DNA of 43,901 nt from Gemmatimonadota bacterium (GCA_025361465.1 JANYAG010000048.1:1-43901); one strand, 5' to 3'; positions 18,030-27,268 are shown, numbered from the stretch's first letter. Made by a program: numbers and translations. The notes: a model not told the origin generated them from the sequence alone.

Positions 18030-18332
18030 TCACTCGAGGAGGCGCGAGCTGGATGGCTCGGCCAGGCTCTTCGGGGGTTCGACAACGGGAACGATGGAGG
18101 GCACAGGCTGTTCGGTCGCCTGCATCTCGCGCAGATGCGCCAGTTCACTCAGGAGGTCCTCGTAGACCGCCGGATCAAGCAGCACCGCAGCACTGCGACC
18201 ATGCTGAGTGAGGATCACCGTGCACTTGGTGCTGCGGATCTGTTCGAGGAAAGCTGAGGCGTTCGCCCGGAATTCAGTGACCGGGCGGACATCCTGCGCG
18301 GGGCGGAGGCGGGACATGTTACGGTGCGTCAT
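18030..18332 (-). CDS. Phd/YefM-family antitoxin-like DNA-binding protein with no adjacent toxin
   Basis: DVRPVTEFRANASAFLEQIRSTKCTVILTQHGRSAAVLLDPAVYE matches the Phd N-terminal pattern; alternative start ATG18317. Confidence 0.85.
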   Translation of the reverse strand: MTHRNMSRLRPAQDVRPVTEFRANASAFLEQIRSTKCTVILTQHGRSAAVLLDPAVYEDLLSELAHLREMQATEQPVPSIVPVVEPPKSLAEPSSSRLLE

Positions 18333-18334
18333 GA

Positions 18335-18416
18335 CGTACGCTCACGAGTACACGTAAACGGACAGTGTACGATCCTATCCCGCCAAATGTGAAGAAAAGA
18401 TGAAGTGATTATGAAG
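18335..18416 (-). promoter_or_regulatory. Putative promoter/operator region of the kor-por-rnf operon
   Basis: Minus-strand TTCACA(18393-18388)-N18-TACACT(18369-18364); GTAC cores at 18336, 18348 and 18367; TGAAG at 18390, 18401 and 18412. Confidence 0.55.
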
Positions 18417-18515
18417 GAGTTTTCAGGCATCCGGGGGCAGGAAAATCGGGGTCTTTTGGGGTCGCCGGCGGCCGAAATCAGGGCGTCCGTCCCCAAGTCA
18501 AGAACCCTGCCGGAA

Positions 18516-18545
18516 TTGACCGTCGGGACACGCGGCGGATAGGTT
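18516..18545 (+). promoter_or_regulatory. Putative sigma70 promoter of tig
   Basis: TTGACC(18516-18521)-N18-TAGGTT(18540-18545) immediately before the start codons. Confidence 0.5.
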
Positions 18546-18547
18546 TC

Positions 18548-19810
18548 ATGGCTATGACTGAAATTACCTACGAGACCACCGCCGAGGACGTTGCCTCCCG
18601 CTCCCTCCACGTGTCGGTGCCGGTGGAGAGCCTGGCAGCCGCGGAGCGCAAAGCGGTGCGGCAGTATGCCCGCCAGGCCCGCCTTCCCGGCTTCCGGAAG
18701 GGCCATGCCCCCGAGGCAGTGGTGCGCCGTCGCTTCGAATCGGAAATTCGCCAGTGGATCCTCGAGGAATCGCTGCGTGAGAGCTGGCAGAAGATCCTCG
18801 ACGAGTCCGGCCTCAAGCCGGTGGCCGAGCCGCAGATCCGCAACGTGGCCTTCGAGGCCGGCCAGCCGCTGACCTTCGACCTGATGATCCAGGTCCGGCC
18901 GCAGATCACCCTGAGCACCACCGGCGGCTTCACCGTCGAGCGGACCGTGCCCCGGGTGACCGAGGAGATGGTCCGCGAGCAGCTCGAGCACGTCAGGGAG
19001 CAGCGGGCCACCTGGAACCCGCTCGACGGCGTGCAGCCCAAGCCCGGCCACCTCGTCTCCGTAACCGTGGAGACACTCGAAGAGGGGAAGGAACCGGCCG
19101 CCGGAAAACCGCACTCACTGGTACTCGGCCAGGGATCGGCGATCCCGGAGCTGGAGGACCGGATCATGGCGCTGCGCCCCGGCGAAACCGTCGACGCCGA
19201 CGTCCGCTTCCCTGACGACCACGCCGAGGAGAGCCGCCGCGGGACGTCCCGCAAGGTGCGGATCACCCTGCATGAGGTGAAGGAGCAAGCCCTGCCCCTC
19301 CTCGATGACGCCCTGGCACGGGAGGTTGGCGAATTCGACTCGGTGGCGGCCCTCGAGGCTGCGGTCCGGACCGACCTGGCCGCCGAAGCCAACCGGACGG
19401 CGGAACAGGGGATGCGGGAACAGCTGATCAAGCAGCTGGCAGAGGCCAACAATGTCCCCGCCCCACAATCGCTGGTCCATCGGCTGGTCCACGCCTATGC
19501 CGAAGCCTACCGGATCGAGGAAGCTCAGTTTGAAACGTTCGCCACCTCGTTCCAGACGATAGCGGAATCTCAAGTTCGTCGGGAACTGGTGCTCGAAGCC
19601 GTTTCCACGGCCCAGAACCTGCAAGCAACAGAGTCGGATCTCGACGCCCGGATCGCCGAAATGGCGGCTGCCCGGGGGACCGAACCGGGGAAGCTCTATG
19701 CCTCGCTGGAGCAGGCCAAGCGGCTGGGCGAGCTGGAGCGTGCGTTGACCGAGGAAAAGACCTTCACCTGGCTCCTGAGCCAGTCCACCGTGCATGAGGT
19801 CACTGCGTGA
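18548..19810 (+). CDS. tig: Trigger factor
   Basis: Ribosome-binding [14 protein letters not shown]-like middle domain ([19 protein letters not shown]), tig-clpP-clpX synteny; the start may be ATG18554. Confidence 0.95.
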   Translation: MAMTEITYETTAEDVASRSLHVSVPVESLAAAERKAVRQYARQARLPGFRKGHAPEAVVRRRFESEIRQWILEESLRESWQKILDESGLKPVAEPQIRNVAFEAGQPLTFDLMIQVRPQITLSTTGGFTVERTVPRVTEEMVREQLEHVREQRATWNPLDGVQPKPGHLVSVTVETLEEGKEPAAGKPHSLVLGQGSAIPELEDRIMALRPGETVDADVRFPDDHAEESRRGTSRKVRITLHEVKEQALPLLDDALAREVGEFDSVAALEAAVRTDLAAEANRTAEQGMREQLIKQLAEANNVPAPQSLVHRLVHAYAEAYRIEEAQFETFATSFQTIAESQVRRELVLEAVSTAQNLQATESDLDARIAEMAAARGTEPGKLYASLEQAKRLGELERALTEEKTFTWLLSQSTVHEVTA

Positions 19811-20421
19811 CGTTCGCATCGATCTACCCGCCGACCATCATCGAGCGCTCGTCGCGCGGTGAGCGGCAGTACGACATCTTCTCGCGGTTGCTGATGGACC
19901 GGATCGTCTTTCTGGGCGCCGGCATCAACGACGACGTGGCGAACATCATCATCGCGCAGCTGCTCTTTCTCGAGGCCGACAATCCCGAGAAGGACATCTA
20001 CCTCTACCTGAATTCTCCCGGCGGACAGGTGTCCAGCGGCATGGCGATCTACGACACCATGCAGCACCTGCGGGCGCCGATCAACACCATCTGCATGGGG
20101 ATGGCCGCCTCGATGGGGTCGTTCCTGCTGGCCGCGGGGACCAAAGGGAAGCGCGCCGCGCTGCCGCACTCCCGCATCATGATGCACCAGCCGTCCGGCG
20201 GGGCTCAGGGGTCCGCCGCCGACATCGAGATCCAGGCGAAGGAGATCCTCTACCTTCGCGGCCGGATGAACGAGCTGTACGCGAAGCACACCGGACAACC
20301 GGTGGAACGGATCGAGCGCGACATGGAACGGGACCGCTTCATGAGTGCCGAGGAGGCGAAGGAATACGGGCTGGTGGACACCGTCTTCGCACCGCGGAAG
20401 GGCCTGGACTCACCAGGCTGA
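19807..20421 (+). CDS. clpP: ATP-dependent Clp protease proteolytic subunit
   Basis: [56 protein letters not shown]; GTGA overlap with tig. Confidence 0.98.
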   Translation: MTFASIYPPTIIERSSRGERQYDIFSRLLMDRIVFLGAGINDDVANIIIAQLLFLEADNPEKDIYLYLNSPGGQVSSGMAIYDTMQHLRAPINTICMGMAASMGSFLLAAGTKGKRAALPHSRIMMHQPSGGAQGSAADIEIQAKEILYLRGRMNELYAKHTGQPVERIERDMERDRFMSAEEAKEYGLVDTVFAPRKGLDSPG

Positions 20422-20495
20422 TGCTTGACCAGTCCGGCCCCGGGGCACAGGTTCCCTGAACCTACCCGGCCGGACTCCAGCAGCGGGAATCGGCA

Positions 20496-21746
20496 ATGTC
20501 GAACGACAAGCACCTGCGTTGCAGCTTTTGCGGCAAGAGCAAGGACTCGGTCCGGAAGTTCATCTCCGGCCCGTCGGTCTACATCTGCAACGAGTGCATC
20601 ACGCTCTGCAACGAGATTCTCGCCGAGGACGAAGAGCGCGAGACGACCGAGGCACAGCGCCCCGTCCCCGCGCCGCAGGAAATCAAGGACACCCTCGACC
20701 AGTATGTGGTCGGCCAGGAGCGCGCCAAGCGCGCCCTCGCCGTGGCGGTCTACAATCACTACAAGCGCATCAACGCCGGCCCGCGCGACAGCTCCGAAGT
20801 GGAGCTCGAGAAGTCGAACATCCTGCTCCTGGGACCGACCGGCACCGGCAAGACGCTGCTGGCCCAGACGCTCGCCCGGATCCTCGACGTGCCGTTCACG
20901 ATTGCCGACGCCACCACGCTCACCGAAGCGGGATATGTCGGCGAGGATGTCGAGAACATCCTGGTGCGGCTGCTGCAGGCCGGCGACTTCAACGTGTCGG
21001 AGTGCGAGCGCGGCATCGTCTACATCGACGAGATCGACAAGATCGCCCGCAAGTCGGAAAACCCGAGCATCACGCGCGACGTCTCCGGTGAAGGGGTGCA
21101 GCAGGCGCTGCTGAAGATCCTCGAGGGCACCATCGCCTCGGTGCCGCCGCAGGGCGGCCGCAAGCACCCGCAGCAGGAATACATCCAGATCAACACCCGC
21201 GACATCCTCTTCATCTGCGGCGGGGCGTTCGACGGCCTCGAGAAGATCGTGGAGTCGCGGCTGGGCCGGCAGCGGATCGGCTTCGCCAGCGAGCTCTCCA
21301 CCGAAGGCGCGGTGGCCTATGACGAGAAGCACCCCTACGCGCTGGCCGAGCCGGACGACCTCCTGCGGTTCGGCCTGATCCCCGAGCTGGTCGGGCGCCT
21401 GCCGGTGATGGTGCCGCTCGAGACGCTCGACGAGGACGCCCTGGTACGCATCCTGGTCGAGCCGCGCAACGCGCTCACCAAGCAGTACCAGCGCCTCTTT
21501 GCCCTCGAGGACGTCGGGCTCACCTTCAATCCGGAAGCGCTCCGCGCCATCGCCCGCAAGGCGATCACCCGCCAGACCGGGGCGCGCGGACTGCGAGCCA
21601 TCCTCGAGAGCATGATGACCGACATCATGTTCGACCTGCCGTCGCGTCACGACGTGCGCGAGGTCATCATCACGCCTGAAGCCGTCACCCAGGGAGTCTC
21701 ACCGATGATCGTGACCGAACGGGCGCGACAGAAGAAGGAAGCCTGA
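20496..21746 (+). CDS. clpX: ATP-dependent Clp protease ATP-binding subunit ClpX
   Basis: CSFCGK...ICNEC zinc finger, [24 protein letters not shown] loop, IGF loop. Confidence 0.98.
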   Translation: MSNDKHLRCSFCGKSKDSVRKFISGPSVYICNECITLCNEILAEDEERETTEAQRPVPAPQEIKDTLDQYVVGQERAKRALAVAVYNHYKRINAGPRDSSEVELEKSNILLLGPTGTGKTLLAQTLARILDVPFTIADATTLTEAGYVGEDVENILVRLLQAGDFNVSECERGIVYIDEIDKIARKSENPSITRDVSGEGVQQALLKILEGTIASVPPQGGRKHPQQEYIQINTRDILFICGGAFDGLEKIVESRLGRQRIGFASELSTEGAVAYDEKHPYALAEPDDLLRFGLIPELVGRLPVMVPLETLDEDALVRILVEPRNALTKQYQRLFALEDVGLTFNPEALRAIARKAITRQTGARGLRAILESMMTDIMFDLPSRHDVREVIITPEAVTQGVSPMIVTERARQKKEA

Positions 21747-22363
21747 TCGTCACTCCCGAGGCTGCAGCGGCATCACCGCTCGCCACCGTCCCGATCGAAC
21801 TGGTCGGGAGCTTTCCTGACGTCCTGCGCGCCCTCGAGCCCGCCGCCCCGGAGTTCGCCTTCGTGGGACGGTCCAACGTGGGCAAGTCCTCGCTCCTCAA
21901 CGCCCTGGTCGGGCGCCCGCTGGCGCGCGTCAGCGCCACCCCGGGCAAGACGCAGCTGATGAATGCCTATCGGCTGCCGACCTTCTGGTTGCTCGACCTG
22001 CCGGGCTATGGCTTCGCCAAGGCCGACCGCAGCAGCCGTGCCGCGTACCGCGTGATGCTCGAGAAACTGCTGCGCGAGCGCGAGTCGCTCAGCGGCGTGG
22101 TCTGGCTGCTCGACATCCGGCACCCGCCCTCGGCCGACGACGCGGAGTTCCAGGGATTCCTGACCCAGGCCGGCCGCTCGGTGCTGGTGGTGCTGACCAA
22201 GGCCGACAAGCTCCCCTACGCCCAGCGGGGCAAGGCCGCCGCCGAGCGGGCCCGGGAGCTTGGCGTCGACCTCGAACAGATCCAGATTGTCAGCACCCGC
22301 GACAAGCTCGGCATCAACGAGCTGGCCGAATCCCTGCTCTCCGCGGCCGGAGGGATGACATGA
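21743..22363 (+). CDS. engB: Ribosome biogenesis GTP-binding protein YihA/YsxC
   Basis: [35 protein letters not shown]. The frame is open from 21680 with no ATG/GTG/TTG before the P-loop, so the start is placed tentatively at CTG21743. Confidence 0.9.
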   Translation: MIVTPEAAAASPLATVPIELVGSFPDVLRALEPAAPEFAFVGRSNVGKSSLLNALVGRPLARVSATPGKTQLMNAYRLPTFWLLDLPGYGFAKADRSSRAAYRVMLEKLLRERESLSGVVWLLDIRHPPSADDAEFQGFLTQAGRSVLVVLTKADKLPYAQRGKAAAERARELGVDLEQIQIVSTRDKLGINELAESLLSAAGGMT

Positions 22364-22989
22364 CGCATCGGCTCGCCCTGCTGGCGCTCGCGCTCCTCGC
22401 CATCATGGCCGGACCGACCGTGGCCCAGCAGCGCGACACGGTGGCCGCCGATGGTTTGCCGCTCGATCGCGGCCGCCTCCGCCAGGACGACCTCGCCCTG
22501 TCGTGGAGCCGGGGCACCCTGGCGATCCGCTTCGTGCCGCTGGATGAACGAGTGGTGCGGCTCCTCGCCCCCGACGCGGCCCAGTCGCTCCACGCCCTGC
22601 GGCAGTCCGAAGCCGCGCGGATCGATTCGGTGGCCGCCCTGCGAGGCCTGCGCGCCCCGGGCATCGCCCTGGTGACCTTCCACGCCCTCGCGCCGGGAAC
22701 ACGCTTCGACCCGCAGTTGTTGACTATCTCAGTGCGCGGCCAGTTGTGGCGGTCCATTGGGGTGGTACCGCTCTCCGCGGCGTTCGGGAACGACCAACTC
22801 GACGTCCGCTCGGCCGCCATCGGGCTGGTGCTCTTCGATCATGAACTGCCGGTGCGGGAGTCCTTTGTCGCCAGCTACGCCGAGGCGAACAGCACCGACT
22901 GGGGGCAGCGCTTGGCGCGCCTCGACACCGAACGCTCACGCATCCTGGCCTCAACCCGCCCCGCCGTCGACAGCATAAAGCAGGACTGA
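22360..22989 (+). CDS. Hypothetical exported protein
   Basis: Signal-peptide-like [24 protein letters not shown]; ATGA overlap with engB; GGAGG RBS. Confidence 0.75.
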   Translation: MTHRLALLALALLAIMAGPTVAQQRDTVAADGLPLDRGRLRQDDLALSWSRGTLAIRFVPLDERVVRLLAPDAAQSLHALRQSEAARIDSVAALRGLRAPGIALVTFHALAPGTRFDPQLLTISVRGQLWRSIGVVPLSAAFGNDQLDVRSAAIGLVLFDHELPVRESFVASYAEANSTDWGQRLARLDTERSRILASTRPAVDSIKQD

Positions 22990-22991
22990 CC

Positions 22992-23834
22992 ATGCCGTTC
23001 TATCCGCTTCGCCAACTCGACCTCCCGGCCGGGGCGCGCCAGCTTCGTGACAGCTGGCTGGCTGATCTCGCCGCCCGCCTCGCCGCGCCGGGCGCCGACT
23101 GGAATGTCCTCACCCGCGAGACGCTGTTCGAGCTGGCCTATCCCGGCCAGGGGCTCTGGGTGGAACGCCACCAGGACGCTTCGCTCCCGATGGCGAGCCG
23201 ACTCGCGCTGGACGCCCTCGATCCGCGCCACATCACGCTCGAACCCGAGTACTACCACGAAGTCGACGTGGCGCGTTTCGCCCGCGTCAAGCCGCTGCTC
23301 TGGCTCTGGTACTCGTTCGACCGGCTGCCGATCGGCGGGCAGAACGTCGACCTGGGGGTGGAGTTCCGGCGGGTGCTGGCGCCGCACATTCTCGGGCGCG
23401 TGGGCAAGAATTTCAAGTGCTTCCAGCACGTCGAATTTTCCTACGGCTACCAGCTCGAAGCCGGCGATGACGTCGTGGTGCACCGCCATGTGCTCCTCGA
23501 CGATCGCGGCGGGATCACGCTCGGGGACCGGGTGTCCATCTCGGACTACGCCAACATCTACTCGCACACCCACAGCATCGTCGAGCAGAAGGACGTGACC
23601 CTGCTCCCCACCGTGCTCGAGGACGACGTGCGCGTCACCTATCACGCCACCGTGCTGGCGGGCGTACGGGTGGGACGCAACAGTATGGTGGGCGCCAGTG
23701 CCCTCGCGACCAAGGACGTGCGGCCCTACCACGTCCATGTCGGGATCCCGGCGAGGTCGGTCCGGGTCAAGCCGAATGCACCGCCCGACGCCACCAGCAC
23801 CTACCGCGTGCCGGACCACCGCGCGAGCGACTGA
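22992..23834 (+). CDS. Hexapeptide-repeat (left-handed beta-helix) acyltransferase
   Basis: GDDVVV, GDRVSI, EDDVRV, GVRVGRNSMVGASALATKDV and VGIPAR repeats; AGGA RBS. Confidence 0.88.
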   Translation: MPFYPLRQLDLPAGARQLRDSWLADLAARLAAPGADWNVLTRETLFELAYPGQGLWVERHQDASLPMASRLALDALDPRHITLEPEYYHEVDVARFARVKPLLWLWYSFDRLPIGGQNVDLGVEFRRVLAPHILGRVGKNFKCFQHVEFSYGYQLEAGDDVVVHRHVLLDDRGGITLGDRVSISDYANIYSHTHSIVEQKDVTLLPTVLEDDVRVTYHATVLAGVRVGRNSMVGASALATKDVRPYHVHVGIPARSVRVKPNAPPDATSTYRVPDHRASD

Positions 23835-23847
23835 CGGTCCGTCTCGG

Positions 23848-24894
23848 TCAGCGGCCTGGCTCGTCCTCGGGCCGCCGCAGGGCGTGCAGCAGCAGCAAGG
23901 CACTGGTGAAGAGCAGGACGGCCATGCCCTGGTGCACCACCCCCAGAACCACCGGCACCATGAGCAGCAGGGTCGCGATGCCGAGCGACAGCTGCAGCAG
24001 TCCCGCGACCGCCAGCCACCCCAGCAGGCGTCGCGTGAGAGGCGAGAGTGCCTGGTGGCGCGCCCGCCACCACAACCCCAGGATCGACAGCACCGTCACA
24101 ATGGCGAGCAGGCGGTGGTCGAACTGCACCGCGCCGGGATTCTCGAACAGGTTGCGCCACCACGGGGAGAAGGCGCCATATCCGGCTGGGACGACCTGGT
24201 CGCCCATCAGGGGAAAGGTGTTGAACACCCGCCCGGCCCGCAGGCCGGCGACGAAGGCGCCGGCGATGGCGGTCAGCACGGTCAGCACGGTGATTGCCCA
24301 CGCCCCGCGCCGCAGCACACGTTCATCCGGGGTCAGCCTGGCGCGCGGCCGCGCCAGGAAATCCGCCGCGGTCCAGACCGTGGCGCCATAGATCAGCAGC
24401 GCGGCCGCGAGGTGTGCCGCCAACCGGTACTGGCTCACCTCGGTGCGGGCGCTGAGCCCGCTCGAGACCATGAACCAGCCCAGCGCGCCCTGCGCCCCGA
24501 GCAGGATGAGCAGCAACCAGAGCCGGCGGCCCATTCCGCGTGGCACCATCCCGCGCACCAGGAAGACCACCAGCGGAATCGCGAACGCGAGGCCGACGAG
24601 GCGTGCCCAGAGACGGTGGGTGTATTCCCAGAGGAAGATCCGCTGGAACTGCGCCAGGGTCATTCCGGCGTGGATCGCGGCGTACTGCGGGATTTGGCGG
24701 TACTGGGTGAAGGCGTCGTTCCACTGCTCGGCACCGATCGGCGGAATAACCCCGGTGACCGGCTTCCACTCGGTGATAGACAGGCCGCTTTCGGTGAGGC
24801 GGGTGGCGCCGCCGATCACGATCAGGGTAAGGAGCATCGCGGCCCAGAGCGCAAGCCAGCGGCCGAGCGGACGGGCGGGCCCAGCCAGGGTCAT
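23848..24894 (-). CDS. ctaA: Heme A synthase, COX15/CtaA type 2
   Basis: IGGATRLTESGLSITEWKP, WEYTHRLWAR, QGALGWFMVSSGL, YRLAAHL, VQFDHR, VVHQ. Confidence 0.93.
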   Translation of the reverse strand: MTLAGPARPLGRWLALWAAMLLTLIVIGGATRLTESGLSITEWKPVTGVIPPIGAEQWNDAFTQYRQIPQYAAIHAGMTLAQFQRIFLWEYTHRLWARLVGLAFAIPLVVFLVRGMVPRGMGRRLWLLLILLGAQGALGWFMVSSGLSARTEVSQYRLAAHLAAALLIYGATVWTAADFLARPRARLTPDERVLRRGAWAITVLTVLTAIAGAFVAGLRAGRVFNTFPLMGDQVVPAGYGAFSPWWRNLFENPGAVQFDHRLLAIVTVLSILGLWWRARHQALSPLTRRLLGWLAVAGLLQLSLGIATLLLMVPVVLGVVHQGMAVLLFTSALLLLHALRRPEDEPGR

Positions 24895-27146
24895 GGGCGA
24901 CGGCGCTGCAGCGCGATCTCGATGCGGGCGGCCAGGGCGCGCGGGCGGAACGGCTTGGAGATGAAGTCGGTCGCACCGAGGCGCAGCGAGCGCACCTCGT
25001 TGTCCTCATCCCCGCGCGCGGAGACGACGAGGATCGGCAGGTCGGCCGTCTGCGTGCGCGAGCGCAGCTGGGTCAGCACCGTGAAGCCGTCGACATTCGG
25101 CAGGTTCAGGTCGAGGAGCACGATATCGGGATTGTGGCGATCCATCTGCTCGAACGCCTCCGATCCGTCGCGCGCTTCAAAGATCAGGTAGCCCTCGGCC
25201 TCGAGCAGGTCGCGCATCACCCGCCGGAGCTGGTCCTCGTCTTCGACCAGCAACACGGTCGCCTTGGTGCCTTCCCCCGGCGCGTTCGTCTCGACGTGCC
25301 CTTCGTCGACCAGCTCGATGTCCTCAAGCAATTGATCGGTGGACTCCGCCAGCTCCACCACCGGCTCGACCGGCTCGCGCACGGCCGAGCGCCCCTTCCC
25401 CTTGGGCCGCGGACGGTTCTGCGGCAACGCCAGCCCGCGCGTGCGCGCCTGCCCCTCGAGGGGAATGTCCGTGACACGCAGGACTTCATCGACGGAGGTG
25501 TCGCCCTCGATCGCGTGGCGGATCGCGCAATCGAAGAGGGTGCGCATCCCCTCGGACTGGGCCGCCTCGGCCAGTTCGTTGGCCATCGCGTTGGCACCGA
25601 CGAGCCGCTCCAGCTCGACGCTCATCACCAGGATCTCGACGATCGAGAAGCGCCCGCGATAGCCGGTCTGGGTGCACTGGCCACAGCCCACGGGCTTCCA
25701 GAGCGTCGCCTTCTTGGGGATGAACGGCTGGATGCGCGCGGGCAGGTCGGCATGGGCCATCGGCGTGCGGCACACCGGACAGAGCCGCCGCATCAGGCGC
25801 TGCGCCACGACGCCCCGCAAGGAGGCGCCGAGCTTGAACGCCTCCAATCCCATGTCCACGAGGCGGGTCACCGTGCTCGGCGCGTCGTTGGTGTGCAGCG
25901 TCGACAGCACCAGGTGGCCGGTCAGCGACGCCTGAATGGCGATCTGCATCGTCTCGAGGTCGCGGATTTCGCCGACCAGGACGATATCGGGATCCTGCCG
26001 CAGGATGGAGCGGAGCGCGGTCGAAAAGGTGAGCCCCGCCTTTTCGTTGGTCTGCACCTGCACGATGTTCTTGCCAAGCCGGTATTCGACCGGATCTTCC
26101 ACCGTGACGATGTTGATCCCCTCGGCCTGGATCTGCTTGATGCAGGCGTAGAGGGTGGTGGTCTTGCCGGAACCGGTCGGCCCGGTGCAGAGAATCACCC
26201 CTTCCTTGTTCGTCAGCAGTTGCTTGATGACATCGCGGTCGTCCTCGTAGAGACCGAGGGAATCGAGTGACAGCATCGTCTGCTGGGTATTCAGGATGCG
26301 GATGACGACCTTTTCGCCGTGCTGCGCCGGGAGCGTGGAGATGCGCAGGTCGATCGGCGCTTCACCGACGGATACCCGTGCGCGGCCATCCTGCGGCCGC
26401 AGGCGGTCGGCGATGTCGAGCCCGGACATGATCTTGATGCGCGAGATTAGCGGAATGCCGGCCTTGCGCGGGATGGTCATCGCCTGCCGCAGCACGCCAT
26501 CGATGCGGTAGCGCACCAGGACGGCCGCCTCGGCCGATTCGATATGGATATCACTCGCCCGCGACGTGATGCCGTCGTGGAGCAGCACGTCGACCAGCTT
26601 GATGATCGGCCGAGAACTCGCCTCGACCTCAACCGCCGCGACGTCGAGATCCTCGACATCCTCTTCGATCGCCGTGAGATCGACATTCTCCATGCCCACG
26701 AGCAGCTCGGCCACGCTGCCGCGGCGCTCCTTGCCATACAGCTCGTCGAGTTTCGCGCGAATGCGGGGCGGCGAGGCCAGCGAGACCCTGACCTCCCGCC
26801 CGGTGGCAAACGCCAGTGACTGCTCGGCGCCGATATCGAACGGATTGGAGGTGGCCACCTCGAGCAGCGCGTCGCTCACCTGCAGCGGAATCAGCAGGTG
26901 TCGCCGCGCCAGCGATTCCGGCACTGCGTCAAGGGCTGCCTGGGTCGCGGCAGAAAGGTCGGCGACGGGCAGGCGGCATCGCGCCGAGAGGGCGGCGAGG
27001 ATCTCGGCCTCCGGCAGCAGGCGCATGTCGATCACCCGCTCCCAGAGCGAGCCCTTCATGTCGCCTTCAGCACGCAGCGGCTCGAGCGCCCCTTCCGACA
27101 GCAGGGGCGAGATGATCGCAGCAAGCCAGTCGTCGTTATACGTCAT
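24891..27146 (-). CDS. PilB/GspE-family secretion ATPase fused to a C-terminal response-regulator receiver domain
   Basis: ASDIHIE, Walker A GPTGSGKTT, TVEDPVEY, LRQDPDIVLVGEIRD, TGHLVLSTLHTND, CPVC...CGQC; receiver motifs VLLVEDE, LLDLNLP, VSA, SKPF. Confidence 0.92.
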   Translation of the reverse strand: MTYNDDWLAAIISPLLSEGALEPLRAEGDMKGSLWERVIDMRLLPEAEILAALSARCRLPVADLSAATQAALDAVPESLARRHLLIPLQVSDALLEVATSNPFDIGAEQSLAFATGREVRVSLASPPRIRAKLDELYGKERRGSVAELLVGMENVDLTAIEEDVEDLDVAAVEVEASSRPIIKLVDVLLHDGITSRASDIHIESAEAAVLVRYRIDGVLRQAMTIPRKAGIPLISRIKIMSGLDIADRLRPQDGRARVSVGEAPIDLRISTLPAQHGEKVVIRILNTQQTMLSLDSLGLYEDDRDVIKQLLTNKEGVILCTGPTGSGKTTTLYACIKQIQAEGINIVTVEDPVEYRLGKNIVQVQTNEKAGLTFSTALRSILRQDPDIVLVGEIRDLETMQIAIQASLTGHLVLSTLHTNDAPSTVTRLVDMGLEAFKLGASLRGVVAQRLMRRLCPVCRTPMAHADLPARIQPFIPKKATLWKPVGCGQCTQTGYRGRFSIVEILVMSVELERLVGANAMANELAEAAQSEGMRTLFDCAIRHAIEGDTSVDEVLRVTDIPLEGQARTRGLALPQNRPRPKGKGRSAVREPVEPVVELAESTDQLLEDIELVDEGHVETNAPGEGTKATVLLVEDEDQLRRVMRDLLEAEGYLIFEARDGSEAFEQMDRHNPDIVLLDLNLPNVDGFTVLTQLRSRTQTADLPILVVSARGDEDNEVRSLRLGATDFISKPFRPRALAARIEIALQRRRP

Positions 27147-27268
27147 GCATCACCAGCACCACCCAGGGGATCGGGAGCTGTCATCGCCCCATCGCGCCGC
27201 GAAAGGTAGACGGCGAGCGGAGCAGGGGCCAACCTGGTTGCGCGGAGCGGCGCTCGCGGGCACAGGCC

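Noticed and set aside
18380-18430. FNR or Rex box for anaerobic control
   Set aside because: No TTGAT-N4-ATCAA is present; TGTGAA is only a Rex-like half site with no matching inverted half.
17900-18547. Complete type II toxin-antitoxin module, or a tRNA before tig
   Set aside because: No RelE, Doc or VapC-like ORF flanks the phd-like gene, and no tRNA cloverleaf or T-loop motif was seen.
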